DNA of 54,930 bases from Parcubacteria group bacterium GW2011_GWA2_43_11. GTDB taxonomy: Bacteria; Patescibacteriota; Minisyncoccia; Phycocordibacterales; UBA12088. A program made the translations under genes and the position numbers. Positions 39,301 to 46,476 of this stretch are shown piece after piece; position 1 is the stretch's first letter, and every line of letters begins with the position of its first letter. The notes below the pieces were generated by a model. It saw only the letters and a list, made by a program, of their open reading frames with translations, did no database searches and was not told where the DNA came from. The stretch is from assembly GCA_000998805.1 (NCBI GenBank), contig LCFC01000006.1:24999-79928 (forward strand). The letters run 5' to 3'.

Positions 39301-39504
39301 GATTCTATCTCCAATAAGATAGACTTTAGGTATTCTTAATGTGTCCCATTACAACAACATTATCCCCAAGAACCTATTTTAATGAAGTAATATCGTGCTA
39401 TTCTTTACATGAAGCGAGTTCTGAAAATTAATTTTAATGTTTTTACTTATGTAGTAAATTCCATATTATTATTTTCGTTATTAGTTTATTAATAAATATA
39501 TAGT

Positions 39505-39867
39505 ATGAACAAAATTGCTAAAATACTTCCTGTTGGGTTAGTGGCTGCCCTTCCATGGCTTGCTCTAGCACAATCTTCAGTAGATTTATCATGGCTTAAT
39601 TCACTCGTTGCATCAGTAGGTAACTTGGTTGCCATGTTGATTCCGGTCGTGATTGCTATTGGTCTCCTCTTCTTCATCTGGGGACTTGTACAGTATATCG
39701 CCGCATCTGGTGATGAAGCTGCAAAGGATGAAGGAAAACGAAAGATGATTTGGGGAATCATTGCCCTATTCGTCATCGTAGCTGTCTGGGGACTGGTAGC
39801 ACTTCTTGGTGAACTAGTTGGTGTAGGTCAAGGAGATACAGTGATTACACCTACCATTCCTGTATAG
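39505..39867 (+). CDS. Pilin-like protein, paralogue 4
   Basis: Signal peptide ending LAQ, then TM, loop AASGDEAAKDEGKRKMIWG and TM. Confidence 0.65.
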   Translation: MNKIAKILPVGLVAALPWLALAQSSVDLSWLNSLVASVGNLVAMLIPVVIAIGLLFFIWGLVQYIAASGDEAAKDEGKRKMIWGIIALFVIVAVWGLVALLGELVGVGQGDTVITPTIPV

Positions 39868-39968
39868 TCTAGAAAAGCATATATTATGGAGCAACAAGCG
39901 CGAGAACACTCGCGCTTGTTGTGTATTACGGTGTTTTTTCTCCATCATGAATAGGATATACTTGTAGC

Positions 39969-40268
39969 ATGCCAGGATCAGTTCCAGCTGAAGTTCAAGG
40001 CCTTGTAGGCAGAATAGTGATTGAAATAATAAACCCTATTATTGGGGTAATTTTTGCAGCTGCACTCGTATACTTCCTATGGGGTTTGCTCATGTTTATT
40101 TTAAATGCTGGGAATGAAGCAAAACGGGGAGAATACAAGCAACATATGCTTTGGGGGCTAATAGGTCTAGTAGTCATGCTGTCAGCGTATGCGCTTATAG
40201 AAATAGGACTAAGAACATTTGGGGTTCAAAATAGTGATATGCCTCAAGGTCTCCCGATACGTTTATAG
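39969..40268 (+). CDS. Pilin-like protein, paralogue 5
   Basis: TM, loop NAGNEAKRGEYKQHMLWG, TM. Confidence 0.6.
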   Translation: MPGSVPAEVQGLVGRIVIEIINPIIGVIFAAALVYFLWGLLMFILNAGNEAKRGEYKQHMLWGLIGLVVMLSAYALIEIGLRTFGVQNSDMPQGLPIRL

Positions 40269-40407
40269 AAAGTTGAAAGTTTAATGTTAAAAGAAGAAAC
40301 CGCTAGCTGGCGGAGAATTAGAAAAAAGGAAATGTTCTAGTGCAAGTCCTCTTCTCGGCCAAAACAATAATCGCGAAATGCTTGTCGCATTCCGCTCTTT
40401 TGTTTTG

Positions 40408-40550
40408 TGCCGAGGAGAGGAATCTTTCTCTCTACGAGAGCAGTATAGGTTTCGCGTCTCACTTTCTCCTCGACAAGCTCGGAGTCGTTGCGACATGCTC
40501 AACCTTTTCAAGTCTTCTCACGCGAGCGGTATTGACCGCTCGCTCTCGGC
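40408..40550 (-). repeat. Foldback unit with tRNA-Leu(TAG)-derived termini
   Basis: Minus-sense 5' is GCCGAG, a hairpin (agcgagcgg..ccgctcgcg), then TGAGAAGACTTGAA. The 3' end GATTCCTCTCCTCGGCA copies the tRNA 3' end. Confidence 0.7.
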
Positions 40551-40588
40551 ACAAATAAAAAGAACCTTTGAAAGGTTCTTTTTATTTG

Positions 40589-40669
40589 TGCCGAGGAGAG
40601 GACTTGAACCTCCATGGGTCACCCCGCTTGCTCCTAAGGCAAGTGCGTCTACCATTTCGCCACCTCGGC
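40589..40669 (-). tRNA. tRNA-Leu (TAG)
   Basis: GCCGAGGTGGCGAAATGGTAGACGC, anticodon loop CTTAGGA, long variable arm, GGTTCAAGTCC. No encoded CCA. Confidence 0.85.
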
Positions 40670-40912
40670 ATAACGAAAGTATTCTACACTACTTTATAAA
40701 TAATTGCATTTACCCGCACACTAACAACACATGATAAATGTGTATATGTTATGTAGTAGAATGTTAGTGTGCGGGTTTACTCACACACTGTCCTAACCAT
40801 TATTTTGCTATTATATATAAACACCACTATTGTAATCTAAGTATATGTTGTGCAATTTTATGGTGAGTGTGCGGGTTTACATTATCCATAATTTGTTCTA
40901 AACTATCGCAAT

Positions 40913-40985
40913 CCGCCCATAGCTCAGCTGGTAGAGCAGTCGCCTCTTAAGCGAACGGTCGTAGGTCCGAGTCCTACTGGGCGGA
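40913..40985 (+). tRNA. tRNA-Lys (CTT)
   Basis: Acceptor CCGCCCA/TGGGCGG (C1-G72), D arm GCTCAGCTGGTAGAGC, anticodon loop CTCTTAA. Confidence 0.8.
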
Positions 40986-41323
40986 CTTGAGTAAAATATA
41001 ATAACCACACTTTTTGTGTGGTTATTATATTTTAGAACGCAAACTATTTTGCGTTCGTACTCAAGTCCGAAGCGGAAACATGTTCCATAGGAGCAGTTGA
41101 GCTGGGGTAGCGAGCACTTAGTTTTTGAGGAGTCTGTGACGAAAAAACTTAGTGACTCGTGACGACAGCGTAAAAAAATCAGTGCCTGTGCACTGATTTT
41201 AACATTTCAAAACGGGGAACTCAGTACATGGTACTCAATTATAGACAAATTTATTTTAGTAATTAAAATTACGGCTTAATGTAAGTAAATTTTAATACTC
41301 CAAATTATCTCAATCAAAAATGC

Positions 41324-41351
41324 TTGACAATTATCTAGGATAGTGTATACT
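41324..41351 (+). promoter_or_regulatory. Sigma70-like promoter of an orphan transcription unit
   Basis: TTGACA at 41324-41329, 16-nt spacer, TATACT at 41346-41351. Confidence 0.55.
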
Positions 41352-41689
41352 ACTTGACAGTTAGAACATTTTTATAGAGACATATTCACTCTGGGCTTTT
41401 TACAAAGCACACTGCAAATATGGGTGTTTCGGAGGCAGTATATGCTAACGGAAAACCAGAAACTTATCTTATGATAAGGAATACTGTTTCATTGTGCAGT
41501 AGAAGTTCGAAGCTTATTTTTTTGAAGTATCTATTTTTTGTAGGACCACCAATAGGCATGTGGAACAGAATTATTTTACGTAGTACGTGGTACGATGTAA
41601 AGTGGAATTACCTCATCGAAGAAGTTTCTCCGAACACCTGTGTGTCAGAATATCGACACATACTTACTTACTTAGCACACCAACCCCCC

Positions 41690-41729
41690 AGTAGCCGAGT
41701 CTGTATTTTGGACCGGCTACTTTATTTTT
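41690..41729 (+). terminator. Intrinsic terminator
   Basis: gtagccg...cggctac followed by tttattttt. A second perfect palindrome gatacctatttccgcg/cgcggaaataggtatc lies at 41761-41796. Confidence 0.65.
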
Positions 41730-41883
41730 ATATATATCATAAATTTAAAGAAAACTAAAAGATACCTATTTCCGCGACCGCGGAAATAGGTATCTTCTTT
41801 GTTTGGATATGTTGAAAACTATGTATGTAGGAATATATAAACTTTGATTCTTCCGCATTTTCTAGTATTCTTTGTTTGTGCAT

Positions 41884-41967
41884 GCCCGGGTGGTGAAATT
41901 GGTAGACACGCAAGACTTAAAATTTTGTGGCCGTAAGGCCATGCGGGTTCGATTCCCGCCCCGGGCA
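41884..41967 (+). tRNA. tRNA-Leu (TAA)
   Basis: GCCCGGGTGGTGAAATTGGTAGACAC, anticodon loop CTTAAAA, variable arm, GGTTCGATTCC. No encoded CCA. Confidence 0.85.
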
Positions 41968-41986
41968 CAAGAGCGAAGCGAATTGG

Positions 41987-42142
41987 GTTCGGGGAGTACT
42001 GTGCCTATGCACAGTACGTCGGGAATCGAAAGGCGCAGGCATATCGCCTTGCGATACCGAGCATAGACGAAACGCACTTAGGATTTGAGGAGTTTACGAC
42101 GAATAATACTTAGTGACGTATCGTCGATTCCCGCCCCGGGCA
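41987..42142 (+). repeat. Foldback unit U1 with tRNA-Leu(TAA)-derived termini
   Basis: 5' is GTTCGGG-GAG, a hairpin (tactgtgc-ctat-gcacagta), then CGTCGGGAATCGAAA. The 3' end is TCGATTCCCGCCCCGGGCA. The ends pair 7/7 with two G.U pairs. Confidence 0.75.
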
Positions 42143-42172
42143 CAGTTTAACGAACATAGTGAGGAAAACTGT

Positions 42173-42305
42173 GTTCGGGGAGAACGCAACCAATGTTGCG
42201 TTCGTCGGGAATCGAAAAGATTGATTATATTTTCGAAGAGCTTGCTCAGAGAAAATTTGAAATCTGTACCGTTCATGTAATGAAAGATTCCTGCCCTGGG
42301 CACCA
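42173..42305 (+). repeat. Foldback unit U2 with tRNA-Leu(TAA)-derived termini, ending in CCA
   Basis: 5' is GTTCGGG-GAG, a hairpin (aacgcaa..ttgcgtt), then CGTCGGGAATCGAAA. The 3' end is GATTCCTGCCCTGGGCACCA. Confidence 0.7.
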
Positions 42306-42447
42306 GAAAGGAAAAAACAAGCGGTTTTGGTTCGCTTTGCTTTGATCGGCGACTAATTTGTTTTCAATTTTAGGAGAAGATAATTTATTAATCCAAAAGA
42401 GCCAATAAACGTCTATAAACAAGGCTATTTTATTTGCCAGAGCGAGC

Positions 42448-42476
42448 TTGACAGGAGTATTTTAATATGCTATATT
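42448..42476 (+). promoter_or_regulatory. Sigma70-like promoter of the GC-rich orphan gene
   Basis: TTGACA at 42448-42453, 17-nt spacer, TATATT at 42471-42476. Confidence 0.6.
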
Positions 42477-42620
42477 TTTGCCCTAATAGGGATTATTTAG
42501 CTCTTTTACAGCAGAGATAGACGCTTTTACTCGATAGCAACGCATTCTGTATCTACCACTAGGTATGTAATGCGTTGCTAGAATCGAGTAAACAAACACA
42601 CCTAACAAAAGGAGAATATT

Positions 42621-43241
42621 GTGGAAACCGAACGAACATTTAACATTCTGGAAACGTGCTGTTTTCCAAAGGGATGTCTCATCCCTGAGGATCTTCAGCC
42701 TTACTTGGCGACAGTCCTCATCCCGCAGCTCGAAGCGGCGGGCATAAAAACAGCCGAGTGGACTCGCGGTGCGCTGATGTTGGAAGAGCCCCACCTGTCG
42801 AAGGTCAGGGGTATCGTCTGCAGACAGTGCAACATCCGCGAGTGTCCGTTTAATCCGCACTTCAAGCCGACCGATGGTCTCAGCGACCTGATGGACGGAC
42901 AGTACGCGGATCGCATCGAGAGAGGTGACCAGCTTCTCGCACAGCTTCTTCCTGAAGCGAAGAAGACGGAACTCGAGCATAAAGGAATCAAGGTCATCGC
43001 GTTTCAGATGCCCTCGAGGAAGAACCCCAAGCTCGTGTTCTCGTTCACTCGGAACGACAAGACGCGTCGGGTGAGCTGTGAAGTCGGCAAGCGCCGTCTC
43101 TTGACGGACGAGGGCGAGGAAACTCTGCTCTCGCTCGAACAACTTGATCAGAAGATCGGGGAAGCGATTCGCGGGTTGACCATCTACACCGCTCTCCTTA
43201 CTCTCGATCAAACGATCGGTCTGCAAATCAGGCAAAACTGA
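42621..43241 (+). CDS. Hypothetical protein (206 aa), GC-rich foreign-looking gene
   Basis: aaggag RBS 6 nt before the GTG. Terminator at 43258-43303. Contains CRQCNIRECPFNPH. No family recognised. Confidence 0.6.
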   Translation: METERTFNILETCCFPKGCLIPEDLQPYLATVLIPQLEAAGIKTAEWTRGALMLEEPHLSKVRGIVCRQCNIRECPFNPHFKPTDGLSDLMDGQYADRIERGDQLLAQLLPEAKKTELEHKGIKVIAFQMPSRKNPKLVFSFTRNDKTRRVSCEVGKRRLLTDEGEETLLSLEQLDQKIGEAIRGLTIYTALLTLDQTIGLQIRQN

Positions 43242-43257
43242 TTTCGGCTCGGCCAAC

Positions 43258-43303
43258 GGCCTCGACTGCGGCATCCAATGCTGTGGTCGAGGCCTTTCTT
43301 TTT
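43258..43303 (+). terminator. Intrinsic terminator
   Basis: ggcctcgac...gtcgaggcc followed by tttcttttt. Confidence 0.75.
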
Positions 43304-43567
43304 GGTTAATTTTTTGATAAATTAAATTCATAATTGAATCCCGTCAAAAAAAACTTAAATTGTCAGCGGTGCGGCTCCGCCACCTTTCCGAATTTTCGCG
43401 GGGGGATTTCTTTGCCCCGAAGGTGGCGAAATGTGTTCGGACTAATTCAAGAATAGTGCACAGTTTAACAAGCGCAGTGAGGAAAACTGTGCTCGGGGAG
43501 AACACAAGCATTGTGCATTGGCACATTGCTTGCGTTCTCAAATTACTCGCATTGTGAGTTAAATTTG

Positions 43568-43798
43568 AGGCCTGGGCGGGGATCGTCCCAGAATTGCGGA
43601 TATTTTTATTGTGATGAATCACTAAAAAATATCTCGCATTCTCGGACGGCCACTCGCTGTCTTTCGTATCCTCAAGACATGCTCCGTGGCTTGACCAATT
43701 TTTCTTATGATCCGCCAGCGGGCGAAGAGTTAGAAAAATGGAAATAACCTCGTGTCACGATTCCGCACGTACTGTGCGTAGGTACAGTACTCCAAACC
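43568..43798 (-). repeat. Foldback unit A with tRNA-Cys-derived termini
   Basis: Minus-sense 5' is GGTTTGG-AG, a hairpin (tactgtac-ctac-gcacagta), then CGTGCGGAATCG. The 3' end is GATCCCCGCCCAGGCCT. The ends pair 7/7 with two G.U pairs. Carries the X and W hairpin modules. Confidence 0.75.
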
Positions 43799-43837
43799 TC
43801 AAATCAAAATGCACCTAGTGAGGTGCATTTTGATTTG

Positions 43838-43994
43838 AGGCCTGGGCGGGATCGTCCCAGAATCGCGGATATTTTGCTCCAAGTATTCGCAAAATATACT
43901 CGCGTTCTTGGACGGCCACTCACTGTTGCTTTGCAACAGGCTCCGTGGCTTCGATTCCCGACGCAAGCAAAGCAGTTTGCTTGGCTCCCAGGCA
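43838..43994 (-). repeat. Foldback unit B with tRNA-Cys-derived termini
   Basis: Minus-sense 5' is TGCCTGG-GAG, a hairpin (caagcaaa-ctgc-tttgcttg), then CGTCGGGAATCGAA. The 3' end is GATCCCGCCCAGGCCT. Carries the X and W modules. Confidence 0.75.
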
Positions 43995-44024
43995 TGAAAA
44001 AACCGCAAAGCGGTATTTTCAGTG

Positions 44025-44096
44025 AGGCCTGGGCGGGAATCGAACCCGCGCATGTCGGTTTTGCAGACCGAAGCGTTACCTCTTCGCCACCAGGCC
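44025..44096 (-). tRNA. tRNA-Cys (GCA)
   Basis: GGCCTGGTGGCGAAGAGGTAACGC, anticodon loop CTGCAAA, GGTTCGATTCC. Terminator accgc-ttt-gcggt lies downstream at about 43997-44019. Confidence 0.85.
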
Positions 44097-44237
44097 AATA
44101 TTCTATTGTAAATTAAGTAAGGGTTCGATTCCATCGATCCTTACAGGATCAGTACACCTTGTCGCTATTCTTCCTCGTGCTCTCGAAGAATATCTGGCAA
44201 GGTCTTGCGGAGCTCCATGTATTCGCTCCTCACCCCC

Positions 44238-44283
44238 ACACGTCGGCTTTTAGACCGAAGCGTTACCTCTTCGCCACCAGGCC
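44238..44283 (-). pseudogene. Duplicate of the tRNA-Cys 5' half (no T arm)
   Basis: agaccgaagcgttacctcttcgccaccaggccaatat is identical to the real gene plus 5 nt of upstream flank. The anticodon region has changed to CTAAAAG. Confidence 0.7.
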
Positions 44284-44467
44284 AATATGTAATACTTTCC
44301 ACACTTAACTGTTCGGTATTGCTAATTTCATGGATTGCTTCGCTTGCGAGCTCGCAATGACGAGCCATTACTTGAAGCAGGTATATTCATTTTCTCAGCA
44401 CTGAAGCGTTACTTCATCCCGCCATGGGACGGGACAAGCTTCACCACTGAGCCATTCCGACAGTGTA

Positions 44468-44791
44468 TCACTCAGCGAGCAATTCATCTACTCTTCGGCG
44501 ACTTTTTTCCCCTTCGTCAATCATAAATTCAACATGAGGGATGTGGTTCATCTTGGATTTTTCTTTTAGATACTTTTTACACTCTCCTCGTTTTCGCATG
44601 AGAAAACCGAGAGCAGGACCTTCCGCTGTTTCAGGAAATACGGAAACGTAAAACGTTATCTTGTCGAGTGAGTGAGTGAGCTCGGTATTCGTAATAGTGA
44701 TAAGGGATGTTTTGTTGGACTGTGTGTTTACATATGCTGCAGCCAGCTCTTGCAAGTGCTGGGTAAGTACAGTGTGTCGTTGTTGGCTCAT
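44468..44791 (-). CDS. rbfA: Ribosome-binding factor A
   Basis: About 107 aa directly downstream of infB. ITITNTELT.....ITFYVSVF pattern. Confidence 0.75.
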   Translation of the reverse strand: MSQQRHTVLTQHLQELAAAYVNTQSNKTSLITITNTELTHSLDKITFYVSVFPETAEGPALGFLMRKRGECKKYLKEKSKMNHIPHVEFMIDEGEKSRRRVDELLAE

Positions 44792-44795
44792 AGAT

Positions 44796-46313
44796 CTACT
44801 CTTCAGTTACGGTATAAGCAATAATAGTGTCATTGTAGGTAGGTTCTGATTCAAGTGCAACTTCCATTTGTAGTCCGCAATCATTGTTTTCTCCAACACG
44901 TGACGTGTCGGTTTTTCCTGATTTCATTGAAAGTATTTTTCCACGTCCAAGCTCCACGTCACCCTTTTTTATAATTATTCTATCTTTCACTGAAATTTCA
45001 CCTGACTCAACTCGACAGCCCACGGTCTGTGCTTTTTTTGTAAAGCTAAAACTTTTAAGAATTTTTGCAGTGCCTAGTATTTTTTCTTGGCGTATTTTAG
45101 GGCGTCTCGCTTCTATAGCGCCCTGTATCCAGTCCGTAAGTTCATAAATGATAGAGAAGTGCATAATTTCTACCCCAACGCGCAGAGCGAGCTCTTGTGC
45201 AGCACTATCAGCCCCCACATTGAAGCCAATAATAATAGTGTCTTTCTTTCCACTGGCATACTTTATATCTCCTTCTGCTATTTTTCCTACGCCCTCATAG
45301 ATGATGTGGATACTTGTATTCTCATCCTCGTGCTTGCGAAGTTCGTGCTTAATAGCTTCAAGTGAACCTACTACATCGCATTTTATGATTACGGGGACAT
45401 TGTATCGTTTGCCACTTTCTTCAGCCTCTGAAGCCATCACCTTGTTTGAGACAGAAGAAAGTTGTACCGCATGTGCGACCTCTAGTGCTTCTTTTTTTGT
45501 TGGCACGGTTATGAATGTAGCTCCCACAGGAGGGTTTTCCGAGAAGCCAACAACCATAATAGGTGTAGAGAAAGTAGCTTCGTGTATTTTATTCCCAAGA
45601 AAATTTTCAACAATGCGGAGTGGAGCATACGCTTGTCCAGCGACGACATACGCACCAGTTTTAAGTGAACCATTTTTAATGAGAAGTGTTGCAGAAATAC
45701 CTCGCTTTGGATCACATCGGGACTCTATCACGGTACCTGTAGCCGGTACGGTAGGGTCGCCCGTAAGTTCTTCCATGTCGGTCGCGAGGAGTAGTAGGTC
45801 AAGTAGCTCAGGTATTCCTCTACCTGATTTCGAATCAATAAGTGAGTATGAGATAGAACCTCCCATTCCCTCAAGGTATATACCGTGCTCAACAAGACTT
45901 GATTTTGTTTTTTCTATGTCTGCATTGTTCTTGTCTATTTTGGAGATAGCAACAAGGTAGGGAATACCTGCTTCCTCAATAGCTTTAAGAGCCTGTAGTG
46001 TTTGTGGTTTAACACCATCGTCAGCGGCGACCACAAGAATTGCCAAGTCGGCAACACTCGATCCTCGTGATCGAAGGTGTTGGAAAGCCTCATGTCCAGG
46101 AGTATCAAGAAATGTGATAAGTCGTTTTTCACCTGCTGAGTTGGTGTGTTCCACTTCGTACGCTGAAAGATGTTGTGTGATACCACCGGCTTCACCTTCA
46201 ACTACTTTGGTTTTACGGATATAATCAAGAAGCGTGGACTTGCCATGATCTATGTGCCCCATAACGGTAACAACAGGAGGACGTTTTATGCGATTGTTGG
46301 AATTTGCAGGCAT
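44796..46313 (-). CDS. infB: Translation initiation factor IF-2 (short form)
   Basis: RPPVVTVMGHIDHGKSTLLD, DTPGHEAF and the domain order of IF-2. Only about 505 aa. Confidence 0.95.
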   Translation of the reverse strand: MPANSNNRIKRPPVVTVMGHIDHGKSTLLDYIRKTKVVEGEAGGITQHLSAYEVEHTNSAGEKRLITFLDTPGHEAFQHLRSRGSSVADLAILVVAADDGVKPQTLQALKAIEEAGIPYLVAISKIDKNNADIEKTKSSLVEHGIYLEGMGGSISYSLIDSKSGRGIPELLDLLLLATDMEELTGDPTVPATGTVIESRCDPKRGISATLLIKNGSLKTGAYVVAGQAYAPLRIVENFLGNKIHEATFSTPIMVVGFSENPPVGATFITVPTKKEALEVAHAVQLSSVSNKVMASEAEESGKRYNVPVIIKCDVVGSLEAIKHELRKHEDENTSIHIIYEGVGKIAEGDIKYASGKKDTIIIGFNVGADSAAQELALRVGVEIMHFSIIYELTDWIQGAIEARRPKIRQEKILGTAKILKSFSFTKKAQTVGCRVESGEISVKDRIIIKKGDVELGRGKILSMKSGKTDTSRVGENNDCGLQMEVALESEPTYNDTIIAYTVTEE

Positions 46314-46476
46314 GATTGAGTTTATCTTTCATTGTGAATTTTATGTCTGTGTGTTGGCGAGTATAGCCCAGAAATGTGGCAAGTGCAAACAAGAACACAT
46401 TTAAATTATATTTGCAATATATTTACATATAGTGATAGTTATCTTATAAAACATTATAAACTAAATAAGTAATGCT

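Noticed and set aside
41420-41758. 112-aa ORF between tRNA-Lys and tRNA-Leu
   Set aside because: It has no RBS, reads through an intrinsic terminator hairpin, and has an odd composition. It is treated as a possible ncRNA region instead (see findings).
42483-43331. 282-aa minus-strand ORF, longer than the plus-strand ORF it overlaps
   Set aside because: It has no RBS, and it runs through the plus-strand promoter and leader hairpin. Long antisense ORFs are expected in a GC-rich segment. The plus-strand ORF has a promoter, an aaggag RBS and a terminator.
41968-44024. Possible CRISPR array, because of the many short repeats
   Set aside because: The repeats are not regularly spaced and differ in orientation and length. 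They are homologous to tRNA ends, and there are no cas genes.
44165-44368. 67-aa minus-strand ORF upstream of tRNA-Cys
   Set aside because: It is built over the duplicated tRNA-Cys 5' half and adjacent hairpins, and has no RBS.
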